DNA of 64,000 nt from Yuukianura sp. NJ FZ-2021 (taxonomy: Eukaryota), in contig CM102289.1 in the NCBI GenBank assembly GCA_046563655.1, positions 7,378,001-7,442,000 of the forward strand. Direction: 5' to 3'. A program made the translations under genes and the position numbers. Shown one piece after another: positions 1-11,255 of the stretch. Numbering within the stretch: position 1 is the first letter of the stretch; the number at the start of each line of letters is the position of its first letter. Under the pieces are notes generated by a model that ran no database searches, was not told the origin of the DNA, and was given only the letters and a program-made list of their open reading frames with translations.

Positions 1-1173
1 GTAGTCTGGTTTGCCCTCCAGCTCTTTTTTCAAAATTTCGAAAACAACTTTCGTCAATATACACTTCATAACCAAACTAGAGCGCTGCTTGCGTTCTAAA
101 CGCCTCCAGGCATAAACTTTGTTGTCTAAAATAGAAATCCTTATTTACAAATTTTGAGTTGTAACGAAACACGACACAAGTTGAATGGAGCCCTTCAAAA
201 ACTTTTGGCGCTCCTATAGTCAAAACCTTGAAATTTTGAAAATCTAAGTCCTGACACTTTGATCTTCCAAAGTCTTTACAAATTAGGTTATTAAGGCTTA
301 GGCTCTGGAAGGGACTGAACGCAACTAATTTGACGTAGCTCATATGTCACAAGACTCGGAGATTTACACTGTGCGTGTGTTATGCTGAAGGGCCCTTGAC
401 ACGATGCTCAAGGGACGCACATATGGAGAGATGAGGTAGATGAAAGGAAGAGGAAATAGAATGAAGGTGAATCTGGGATAACGAACCCCCTTCGTAATTG
501 CATTTCACTTTCATCTTCTTCATTTTGGGCTTTCACTCCCTTAGTTCCCTTAGATCTTGTCCTTATATTCATCTTCCAACGAAAAGCGAGCCGAAGAAAA
601 GATGGCAAATCTAGGAAAGTTTGCGCTTCACAAAGAATCGGACTTGATTTAAATTATTGACATTTTGTATTAACAATTCAATTTCTTCGGTTCCGTGGTT
701 CCACGGCGTAGCTTTATATTTTCAAGTTAGGTTTTGCAAGCTTTTACAAGGTTTGAACGAGGCATTCAAGTTATTAGGTTTTCTCCAAATTTCAACCAGA
801 TTTTGCAATTTAACGCTAGGCTGTGTCTGTCGTTATGTTTCACCAAAATTGTTTCCAAAAAAAATGTCAATCAGCTTTAGTAAATTTCTGTTAAATTTTG
901 CGATTTTGCTTGAATTATGGATAGCATGAAGTCAAGTCAAGCATAACAAATTTCTGTCAACTTTTTTCAATTTTGGTTGGATTCTGTTTAGTATGAAGTG
1001 ATGCTTATCAAATTTGATGCGATGCTTAGATTATGAATAGCATGAACTCAGGCGTAACAAATTTTTGTAAAATTTCAGAATTTTGCTTATATACAGAATG
1101 TTAGCAAGTTTCAATTTTCCAAATTGCAAGTTAGTTTATGTTGAATTAATATGCATAAACTTATGTTTTTCAG

Positions 1174-4100
1174 ATGTCTAAAACATATGTCAACGTACAG
1201 TAGTTGTGTCATGGAAGGCTATGGAGTTCTACCCTCAGCTCCACGATCTCTCAGAGTGTCGAGTGTACAAGAAGACTTTGCCATTGTTCACTGGACTCCG
1301 CCTGCCAAGTTGGCAAGTTCTGTCAAGGGCTACAACATTCACTACCGCCCTCTGGCGACATACGAAGCCGAGTATCACGTCGTCGGGAATGTCCACTCTC
1401 CCTACATTCTTGAAAAATTGTACGACAATGCTGAGTATGAGGTAACAGAGACAAAAGATCTTAAGAAACTTTCTTCTTTCTTTTATAGAAATTATAAATT
1501 GAAGCCTCTGAGAAGCTTTTAGAAGATACTCCATTATTAAACCACCGAAAAAAAGTTTTTCTGGTGGTTCTTCACAAGTCACTTTCAGTTTTCTACTTTT
1601 GTTTTGGAAAAAAAGTTTTCTCGAAAAAGTTTTTTTCTTGCTTTTTGGTGCCCTGCTCAAACTTGAACAAACTGGAAGTTTAGACCCCAAAAAGCCACTT
1701 GACTTGTCGTTGTTCAAATTTTGTTGTTCTGTGTAGGTCTATGTGGAGGCTCTTAATGAACACGGTGCAAGCCAACCGTCGCAGCGTGTGGTTTTCCGGA
1801 CGGAGTCTATGCATCTTGCAACGGCTGAACTAGAAGCAGAGTCGACGAGCTACAATGAAACAGCCTGTTGTGAGAAAGTATGAAAATAGTACAACTTTAT
1901 TATGATGTACACTAAAAGTTAGGGACTACAAAGTTTCAACAACAAAAGGAACAATTAAGTCCATGCTTTCTCCACTTTCTTTGTTCTTTTTACGACAAAC
2001 AATGGAGAGGATGAACCACAAATGCGCGCGCAGTTTGTCTTTCTTTTGTAAACTTATTTGCTGACTAACGTTTAAAAATTAACGTGCTGAACAGAATACC
2101 AACGTAGTAAATTTTTGGCCATTCGAACTTAACTAAACTTTGTAATTTTTTGAAACTCTGTTACATTTCGTAACTTTTTTGTGACTTTTGAAAATTTCAG
2201 GCTGGATTGAGTGAACTCTGTATGCCACTATGTTCGTACGACGCTTCTATGAGCGACATTCGCGTTTTGGCACTCTCCTGCGCACCAGAATTTCATACGC
2301 TTCTGCGCTGTGCTGCCGGTGGACGTGACCATAGTCAATGTTGTGAAAGGCGTGGAGTTGGTGAAAGTTGCTTAGGAATTTGCAGTGCTCGACTTCCTGA
2401 CAGCCTCTTACAAATGACAGAAACTTGTCTTCCATACATTGGAAACATTGTTCAGTGTTTTGAAGAGGGTAAGTCATTTGTTTTGTAAGGTTTTTTAAAA
2501 ATGTTATATGCGTTTGCGCTTTTTCAGCAATTTCTGTTCAAAATATTTTTGAAATTGCTTCCTCCAATCAACGAACTCAAACAACGACCAAATGAGTTTG
2601 TCACTGTCAAGCTATTTTCTAATTTTTTTTTCAAAATGAAAAAAAAAGTTTCCATTGGAAGAACGAAAAAAAGTTCAATAACTTTCCCATCATTTACTTT
2701 CTCTTTTTTCCAGTTTACCACTTCCTCGGCGAAAAAAAAAAATCAAACGACGCTGTGAAAAAGCTTCACCGCCGCCACACTATTCATTTTTCTCATCATT
2801 TTCTTTCTTTTTTTCCGTCCAGCAGTTCAATTTGAAAACTAATAGCAGCACTAGCTTTTCGCAGCAAGCTAGAAACCTTAGAAGCGAAAAAGCACCAGCA
2901 GCAGCCTTCAATTTTCTCACCGTTTTCTTTCACTTATTTTCTGTTCACATGAAAAAGTGTTAGGAATGAGAGTCGATTTTCTAAAGCGATTTCCCTAGTG
3001 CTTCATTTTCTGTTAAATAATTTACGAAAAACGCTGAACGAATTCTGAAAATGACGTTTTTCAAGGTTGTGCACTTTCACACGCTCGCTTTTAGTTTTAA
3101 ACAAGGTTGAGCAATTTGGAATGTCGGAGGTTGTTCAATCCGGAGATACTTAAGCTTCTGCTGCTGCTTTTTTTAAACTTTTTCGAAAAAAGGAGTAGCG
3201 CTTTTTGCATCTTCAGGGTTTCAAGCTTACTCTAAAAAGTTAAAAACATTATTGATCTGTGCTTGTTTTTGTGTTTAGGAACGGAGCTTCTTCCAGGACC
3301 TGTGAGAGAGTTTCATGCCAATTTGATAACAGATAACTCAATTGCTCTCTCCTGGGAAGCTCCAATTGAATCCAATGTGAGTCACTACGAAGTTTTCTAC
3401 CAATTGGCTGATGCATCACTTGGAAGAGATTCCACAAACCAACTTTTCTCAGTAAGGCAGCTTTTTTTAAACTTTTTCTAAATTCCCGCCTTTTCAGAGT
3501 CCATTTTGAACCTGTAATGATCAAATTTTGTGTGTCCCTCAGGTGAATGCTTCCGAACAAGCCGTCGAAGTGACAAACTTGACAACTAATTCCACTTACC
3601 TCTTCTCCGTTGTAGCAGTCAATGGACATGGCAGTTCCGTACCATCAGCTCTAATCCAAGTCACAATTTCAAGGAACCGTAAGATGGAACTGTCAATTAG
3701 TTTTAAAAGTTTAGTTTCCCGGGTAAATGACCTCCGACATTTTCCGTTTTTTAAAGAGTTCAACGGAACGCGGATTCCTGGAGTCGTTTCGGCTCCGCAC
3801 AGCATTGTTCTGGGGAGTCACACGGCTACTTGGCTCCAAATTGTTTGGCAACCACCGCTCTTTGCTCATCCCACAGACAACATTACGTACAAGTAAGTAA
3901 ACAAAAAGTTATTGAGGAACTAACGATTTATGGTCCAATTACTAAAGTTAGGTTTTTGGGAAGTAATAAGGATAAAGATGGCGTGTCTCATGGTAGTTAC
4001 TTCCTCTGTTTTTCTTTTCCAGTGTTTATCATCGGAGTATCCGAGACACCGTGTACGTGACCAATAAAACGAGCGTCACTTCAATAGCACTGGAGTCGCT

Positions 4101-6492
4101 GCGTCCCAATTCACAATACATTGTCTATGTTACGGCTGAAACGGAGAAGGGAGAGTCGTTGGCCTCTGAAACCCTGGTGGCTTGGACAGATCCAGCACAT
4201 TCACCCTATGTTGAAGTAAATATCTTGTTTCAAAATTTTGAGTTTCAAATTTCCGAGAAAAATTTGCATCATTTTTGTTTTTACTTTTAGGCTCCAAGAA
4301 TTCAGCCAGCAAATCTCTTAGTAGAGGGCAGCACCATGACAGTATTTTGTGTCGCTCTGGGTGATCCTACGCCAACTATTTCTCTTTACATCAATGGAAA
4401 ACTTTTGAAACAGTTGAAGAGTCGTCACTTGACAGAGGTTGTGCCCAACGTCAATCGAGAAATGGACATCGTGTCATGTCTAGCCGAAAATGGATATGGC
4501 GCTCCAATGCAAGCTTCCCGCCGAATTCAAATTTCACGTAAACCCAAAATTTAAAAAAAAATCGATTTCTTTTTAATTTAGAGAAAGTTTTACAACTTTT
4601 TATTTTTTGGGTGCAGATCCTCCAGTGGTGACTGGTGCTGATATAACACTAGGAGCAGTTGGAGACAAAACACTCCTGGAGTGTACTGTTGTGGCTCGTC
4701 CAGAGCCGACAGTTGCCTTTTGGCGTGGCGGGAAAGATGGATCTACTAAAGTGCCGATTGTGTCCGGTGGGAAGTACTCGATCCGCATGGAGGATCCAAA
4801 TCCCCTGGAGGATTCTAAGTACATCTACACACTCAAAGTGAGCGATTTGACAGAGGAAGATGGAGGAGACTACTTCTGTCAAGGGGACAATGCCCTGGGA
4901 GAGAGCACCAAGAAAATGATACTAAGGACGAGAGTAGTTCAGGTTACAATTTAGAAAAATTTGGCTTGTTTTAGAAAAAAAACGGTATTTAGTTTATAGC
5001 TTCTTTATAGCTTGTACTTAAAGGATTTTGATTTTTTGACAGAATGAAAGTTTGAACGTGTCCGCCTGTTGCATTCGAGAGAATGTGAGCCCGCAGTGTA
5101 TTGATGCCTGCAACATGTACCTTGATATTGACACTGTGATAGGTGAGTTATTGAAAACAGAATTTCAAAATTTTGAAGTTTACTAATTTTTGAAACACAA
5201 TTTTGGAATTGGTGGAACTTATTTTTAATAGTTTGTGTTATTAATTTTTGATTAGACAAACCGGAATGCCTCCCAGAATTTAATAAGTTGATGAAGTGTG
5301 CAGCAGGTAAAGTAGAATTTTAAATTAGCCTGCAAGCTTAAAATCAAATTTTGAGTAAGATTTTTTTAAAATTTTAATTTTTGAATGTAGATGGACGAGA
5401 TCACAGGCCATGCTGTGCTCAGAAATTTGTTCCGAAAATTTGTGCTGAGGCTTGTCATGGAATTCCAATTCAATTTGGAGCTGACGCATGTGCACTTAAA
5501 TTTACAAAGTCCATCCTCACCTGCTTTCATGAAAATCGAGGTACAGTGGTACAATAATACAACAATTTTTAAAAAAATGTTTCGAAATTTTTATTTTTTT
5601 TTCAAAATTTCAGAGTTGATTCCGGGACCACCAATCAATCTCCACTTCAAAATCATATCAGAAAATGAAGTTTTGGTGACCTGGGATCCACCAAGTAAAA
5701 ATCCAGACGCCGCCATTTTGTACAAGTAAGTATATTGACCTAATCACAACGGTTCAGACACATTTAAAAGTTGACCTTTGACCTCCACTTTACTTACAGG
5801 CTGTTTTGGAGACGTACAGGCGAAAAGCGTTCAGACAAGATCGACACGCCGCATACCTTTGCACATGTGCAGAACCTCAAGCCTGGCTGGACTTATGAAG
5901 CTGTCGTGAAAGCAGTGAGTTCTCATGGAAGTTCTGCGCTGAGCCCAAAACTTCCATTTACAACTGAACCAACGGAAGACAATACCATTGCATATGCCAG
6001 CACAGGTATGAAAAAATTTCGTTTATAAAATTTCGAAATTTTATATTTTATTTTTTCATCTTAGGTGGTGGAAATCCTGGTCTCAGCGTCGGTATAACGC
6101 TGTTAGTGCTGTTCCTCCTCACTGCTGCCGCAGGAGCAGTTTGGATTTTCAGAAAGAAACAATTCGGGCCAAAACCGCTTAGTTCTGTTGCATTTGAAAA
6201 TCCTTCCTACATCCGTGAACCAAACCCAGATGCCTTGATGAATGTAAGTTTTCAAAAAAATTCTAAAAATTTGAATTTTTGAAAATTTATTTTGTCTTTT
6301 TAGGGGAATGGCGACATTCAAAATGGGAATGGGGTAGTGCCTAGCGTCAGCAACGGGCTGTCTTCTCATGGGAATGGCTGGCAGTCAGAGTCCCTTCATG
6401 CAACACCGAGGCTAGAGACTGAAATAGCTCCGACACTTTACGAAGAACTCCGACTCGGATCCGAAGGTGCAGGATTTAGAAGACTGAAGTAA
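1174..6492 (+). CDS. Ig-like / fibronectin type III / Cys-rich DB-module single-pass membrane protein (IGDB-like); multi-exon, 5' end upstream of window
   Basis: Spliced exons encode FN3 repeats (PSAPRSL..VHWTPP, LPGPVREF..LSWEAP, LIPGPPINL..VTWDPP), DB modules (RCAAGGRDHSQCC, KCAADGRDHRPCC), two Ig domains (GGDYFCQGDN), a TM segment near 6080-6150 and a tail with FENPSY. TAA at 6490-6492. Confidence 0.88.
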
Positions 6493-7321
6493 AACTAAGG
6501 GAAAAAAATCTTCTGAAATCCAAATTTGTACGGAGAGGAACAAAGGTCATTTTTGGTTCAAAATTTAAATTCCAAAAACGAACATTTTTACCTCAACAGC
6601 AACTTCCTCTACAAACTGTGAACTCGAACGCATCTTAATTTTAGTATAAGAAAAAAAAACTAAACCACAAGTTTCATGAAAATGTGATCTTGGATTTTGC
6701 CCAAATATGAAAAAACACGTAAATATTTTAAGAACGAACACTACACGAGGGGTCGTACATATATGGGCAAGTGATATTGACTCTCAGCCATAATTCCATA
6801 GGATTTTGACGTATAAACGTAGGTACAAGTTATTGACGTCCCATTCCATAAAGTTAAAGTAACATTTTTAAGTTTTGTTGTGCTAATTAAGTTTTTTCTG
6901 TAAAGAGTCAAATACACGAAAAGCAGGCTTTTGTGTTCTTTTGAATTTTTTTGAATAATCTTTTCAAAAATTTTAGAAAGTAAACTCTTCTTCTTTCCTC
7001 TTGAAAGCTAATTTGTTAAGAAAAGTTTTCAAAAAGTGGTTAATTTTTTCTCATTTGTTTTAATTTCAATTGAAGATGTTTAAGTTTCTCTACTACACAA
7101 ATATTTTGTTTGAATGTGAAGGTACATTTCATTTTAAGTGGAAGATACAATAAATTAATAAAAAGCAATATTGACGTGTTGTAAAAATAATAAAGTTAGG
7201 GTTTAAAATTTTGAAAATCAGTCAAATTTAGGCTATTTGGATCTCGACTTTTGCTGCCATGCGTAGAACAGAGTAGTATACATGTGCAATAGCTACGGTT
7301 GGTGGACTATGGTTTCAAAAT

Positions 7322-8934
7322 CTACAATTTACTAATGAGATGCCCAACTCTGTTACACCTTGTCTGCGCCACTCCGTTGCCCAACTGCATCGTAGTACGC
7401 TGATCCTGGAAGAGTTCCTTGAGGAACTTGTTGAGGAACACCCCCTGGGGGTCAATTTTGTTTCGGAGGTCAATGAACTTGTGCCATTTTGGTAGTAGAC
7501 TTGGAAAGTCATAGAGGTCTCTGGAGAAGAACTTTCCATAGTGTGGAATAGCACCGAATTCGGATAGAATTGCTTCAACTTCTTTTAGAATTTCGTAACT
7601 TTCTTTTTTAGCAGAATAGTCTTGTTCAGAGAGGTACACGAGAAATCCAATGTAAACTACTCGTTTAGAATAAGATGGGCTGAGCCATGCACTGGAGCAA
7701 CCGGTAGCTCTTAGAATAAATGGATAATGCAGTTCACGATGAGATTCGGCAACATAGGCACGCAGACGCTCCAGAGCTGCGGGTAGTTTCTCGACTGGAA
7801 TTGCCACTTCGCAGTTGATTTGTGGTGCTGGAACGCCTTTACACCACAGTTGGTACATGTTTCCAATGGAACTTTCGAGAGACCGGAACCTCGTGACGGT
7901 TCGGAACCTTGCGTTGTGTTCGTTAAATGGATCCGGTTCGGTTTCGGACGAACCGGAATCGGATGATGTTGATGTGATCTCGCCGTGACCTTTGGTGTCT
8001 TCATCCATTTTCTCAACAAGGTGATCAATCGTTTGAAGAAAAGCGGCATCTTTACATGAAGTGGTTGATGTCGTGGCGGTAATGTTCGAACCGTTTTGAA
8101 TGTATCGGTCACAGTCTTGCTGAGAGGCGGCAAAAGAACGCCACACTTGAACCTGAAATGTTATAAAAAAAAAAGAGAAATTTTGAGTAAAAATTTTCGG
8201 ATTTCTGAAAAACTTTGGAATTTTTTTTTTTTTTTTTTTTGCAAAAATTAACTTACGTGATCAGTATGTGGGAACCACCATGCTTTGCAATGTGCCGAAG
8301 TCTCATTCCACTTTAAATAATTTTCATACAGATCGTCATAAGTCGTCACAGCTTTGACCAACTTGTAAGTCCTTGCCGGTTCAGTCTCCAGAGTAATCAA
8401 GGTCAGGATTCCTAAACATCCAAGATGCAATCTAAGAGCATCAAACATATCCGAATTGTCATCTTCTCTTGAGTAATCATGTGCAGTAGCATCCGCCAGA
8501 ACAACCCGGATCTTCAGCACACTATCATACAGTCCTCCATTTCGAAAGCCTTGTCCATGCGTCCCAGTGGCAATTGCTCCAGCTACTGTTTGCGTCAGCA
8601 GAACTCCTGCGCATGCCGTAAGTTGTCTCCCACGTTTAAGTAGAACGTCTGAAACTTCTTGAAGTGTCGTAGCTGCTCCAAAAGTGGCTTCATTTTGGCT
8701 TAGGCCAACAAGTCCTGTGAAGGCCGACAGATCTAGTAGAATGTCGCCATCGACTGAATTGGGAGCTAACGTGTCTACAGCGCCAATTCCAAGACATGAC
8801 ATGCCTGACCCCTTAACCTTGACTTTTTGATGGGGCCTTCGACGACGGAGAACCTCTATCAGTTCGTATTCATTGTTGGGCTTCACTAGCTGATCCTTCT
8901 CGCACAATTTGACAGTCCTTGCCCAATTGTACAT
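7322..8934 (-). CDS. FAD-linked aldonolactone oxidase family protein (GULO/ALO-like), 2 exons (8934-8257, 8152-7322), 502 aa, ends in SKL
   Basis: N-terminal NWART, FAD_binding_4-type motifs KVKGSGMS and QTVAGAIATGTHG, LHLGCLGIL, C-terminal PHYGK and IDPQGVFLN. A phase-0 GT-AG intron at 8153-8256 joins ..HTDH|VQVWRS.. in frame. Confidence 0.88.
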
Positions 8935-11255
8935 TTTGTGTCACGGTTGGCTCCAGGAACAAAAGAATGAATGACCAATTATGTCCGAATCGTTCTATTC
9001 TCAGGTACTACTGAAAAGCTGTAAAAAGAAAAAGTGTCATTGTATTGTCAAGTTAAGTACACAAACACATGACTGTGCGAATTATAATCTGCCTGAGCAG
9101 AACTATATAAAAAAAAAATAGAAGGTGACATCATAATCAACTCGTCTTATTGCAATCTACAAAGGAAATGTCAATATGAGAGTGGTCACGTAGGCACCGC
9201 TATTTCGAAACCACAATCGCTAAGAAATTTCCAGACGCTTTAAAAGCTCATAAAAATTTAATTAACTTATCAATAACGGAACTGCTGCGGTTATCTATTT
9301 GAAACTGCGATGTTGCAATCTTAACAAGTTTTACTTTATCACTTTATACATTTTAGTCTCTTAATTGCACGAAAGAGGAAGACATTTAAGTGCACTTTGA
9401 CCTATACGATTAAATTACGTTCAAATCGTTCCGCAGAGTAAATGAATGAACTGATTTTTTTTTTGTAAATTTGAAGTGGTTTACAGTTTAGAACACGTTC
9501 ACCAAAGTATTAAGTTTTAAAAAGAGTGTAGGCGTGTATGACGCGTTCAACGGATAAAGTGAAAGTGACGTGAAATCTACCGAAATTACAAAAGATTACC
9601 GTTCCACCCACTAACATTCCGGAGAAAGTTCCTTACATTTCAATTCATAGTACAATTTTAATCAAAAAATTCTTGACATTTGGAATACCTCGCGTACCGC
9701 AGTTTTATTGGATTTCCTTCCTCCGGGTTTCAGAAGTTTGGACAATAGAAAGAATAATGGAAACCAACTTCAATGTCTTTCAGAAACCGATTTTGAAATT
9801 TGAAAATTCAATGGTTCACAATTTCACTGTACATAGTGTTGGTTTCAAAAAAAAAACTAGAGAAAATTGAGTCGGACGGAACTGATTAGTGATAAAAGAA
9901 GACGACAGACACTACAGACCAAGGCGATCTCTTGTACTGAACTAAACTCTTTGTTCTTGACTTGTCTTATTCAAAAATGAGTTTCTGTCTTCACGTATTG
10001 AACTTTTGAACTTAAAGTATTAAACGCTTAACAAAAGTGTGAACTCATGTGCAGAAAGGTCAGGACGATAAAGACACTATTAAGACATTAGGTTGCTAAA
10101 TTCAGAAACACGTACTCCTGACACTTCAAATTTTCTGAAACTTAAGTTGAAATGTATTACTACACAAAGGATTGGTCATGAACATGACCTCCATTGTTCT
10201 ATCTAATCTTGCAGTAGACGCACTTTATCTTCAACCGCACAACCAATTACAAATCGTTTCATAGAACTTCAATTCACTTAAAAAGAGGGAAATCTCCCTT
10301 ACGCGCACACGCAGGCGTAGAAAAAACCAAGGACACCGGAAATCCTTGGAGGATTACCCGGTCGATTTCTATAGCCAAAGAAAATTTTTCAAAATTTAGT
10401 CTCAAAATATATGAGTGTTGTCTCACGTTTTAGACTGAAAAATGTAACAATTTTGAAAAAAAGAAAAGTATAAGATTAATGTAAACCAATAGGAAAAGCG
10501 TGACAATGCTTTGGAAATGTGCAAAAAAAATTGTTTCCAAAAACAACTATCCTAAAATATGAAATAAAATATGAAAATCTGATAGTTATTTAATAGAGTT
10601 AACGGAACTTACCACGTGCTTGCCTTGATGAAAATTAAAGTTCGTGGAGGATTTTAGTTACTCATTAGTTACATTTTATCACAATCGTCTTGAATGTTAT
10701 CATATCGTAGTCAGTTGATACAACGGTTAGGGCCAGTCATTGTCACGAGGTCACCGTTACAATTTTCAAATCGAGCCTGAAAATCTTGGAACTTGAATCA
10801 GGTCGAGACGATGCCAGAATTGGAACTGATGACATTTCTGCAGAACTGAAATATTCCAAACCACGAGGCAGCTGAAAGAATTCGGGTCTCCCGACTTCCT
10901 TCGGTGAGAACTCCAAAAAGCAATGTCAGCGCAGATCATGTACTGATCGTGTGGTTAAGTTTTATAACGCAAGCATTAAACAGTAAGATTAAAACACTAC
11001 CAACCTCAATTTACTTTAATCATAACGTGATCTGAATTACTTTTTCAAATGCTAAAAAGTTGAGATCATTTATTAGTTTTTATCACGATTCAGAAATTTA
11101 AGTTACATACTGGTTTTCAAATGGGAGGCAACTAAGTAAGTCAGTCACAATTAATGGAAGTGCACTAGTCCAAGTCTTCCAAATATTTCAGAAATTGCAA
11201 ATTAGATGTAACCCGTCCCTTAAAATGTTTTGGTGCAAAATAAGCGTGCTTTGAC

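Noticed and set aside
77..929. Short ORFs and a purine/pyrimidine-skewed possible hairpin (~440-525)
   Set aside because: No recognisable protein motifs. The stem is short and low-complexity, and the region is probably intron of the Ig/FN3 gene.
880..1120. Degenerate ~50-65 bp tandem units (aaattt..gcatgaa..taac)
   Set aside because: Too decayed to define; no constant repeat plus unique spacer pattern, so not CRISPR-like.
8220..8240. Long poly-T tract (poly-A on the coding strand) in the oxidase intron as evidence of retro-insertion
   Set aside because: Homopolymer runs are common in introns throughout this window and no target-site duplication is visible.
7322..8934. Bacterial contamination or prophage as the source of the microbial-like genes
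   Set aside because: Both the oxidase and the macrodomain gene have in-frame spliceosomal introns and lie among animal genes, with no operon structure.
10700..10945. GC-richer, coding-looking patch between the oxidase and Lrrk
   Set aside because: Only short open frames with no motif. It could be a UTR exon, but this cannot be supported from sequence alone.
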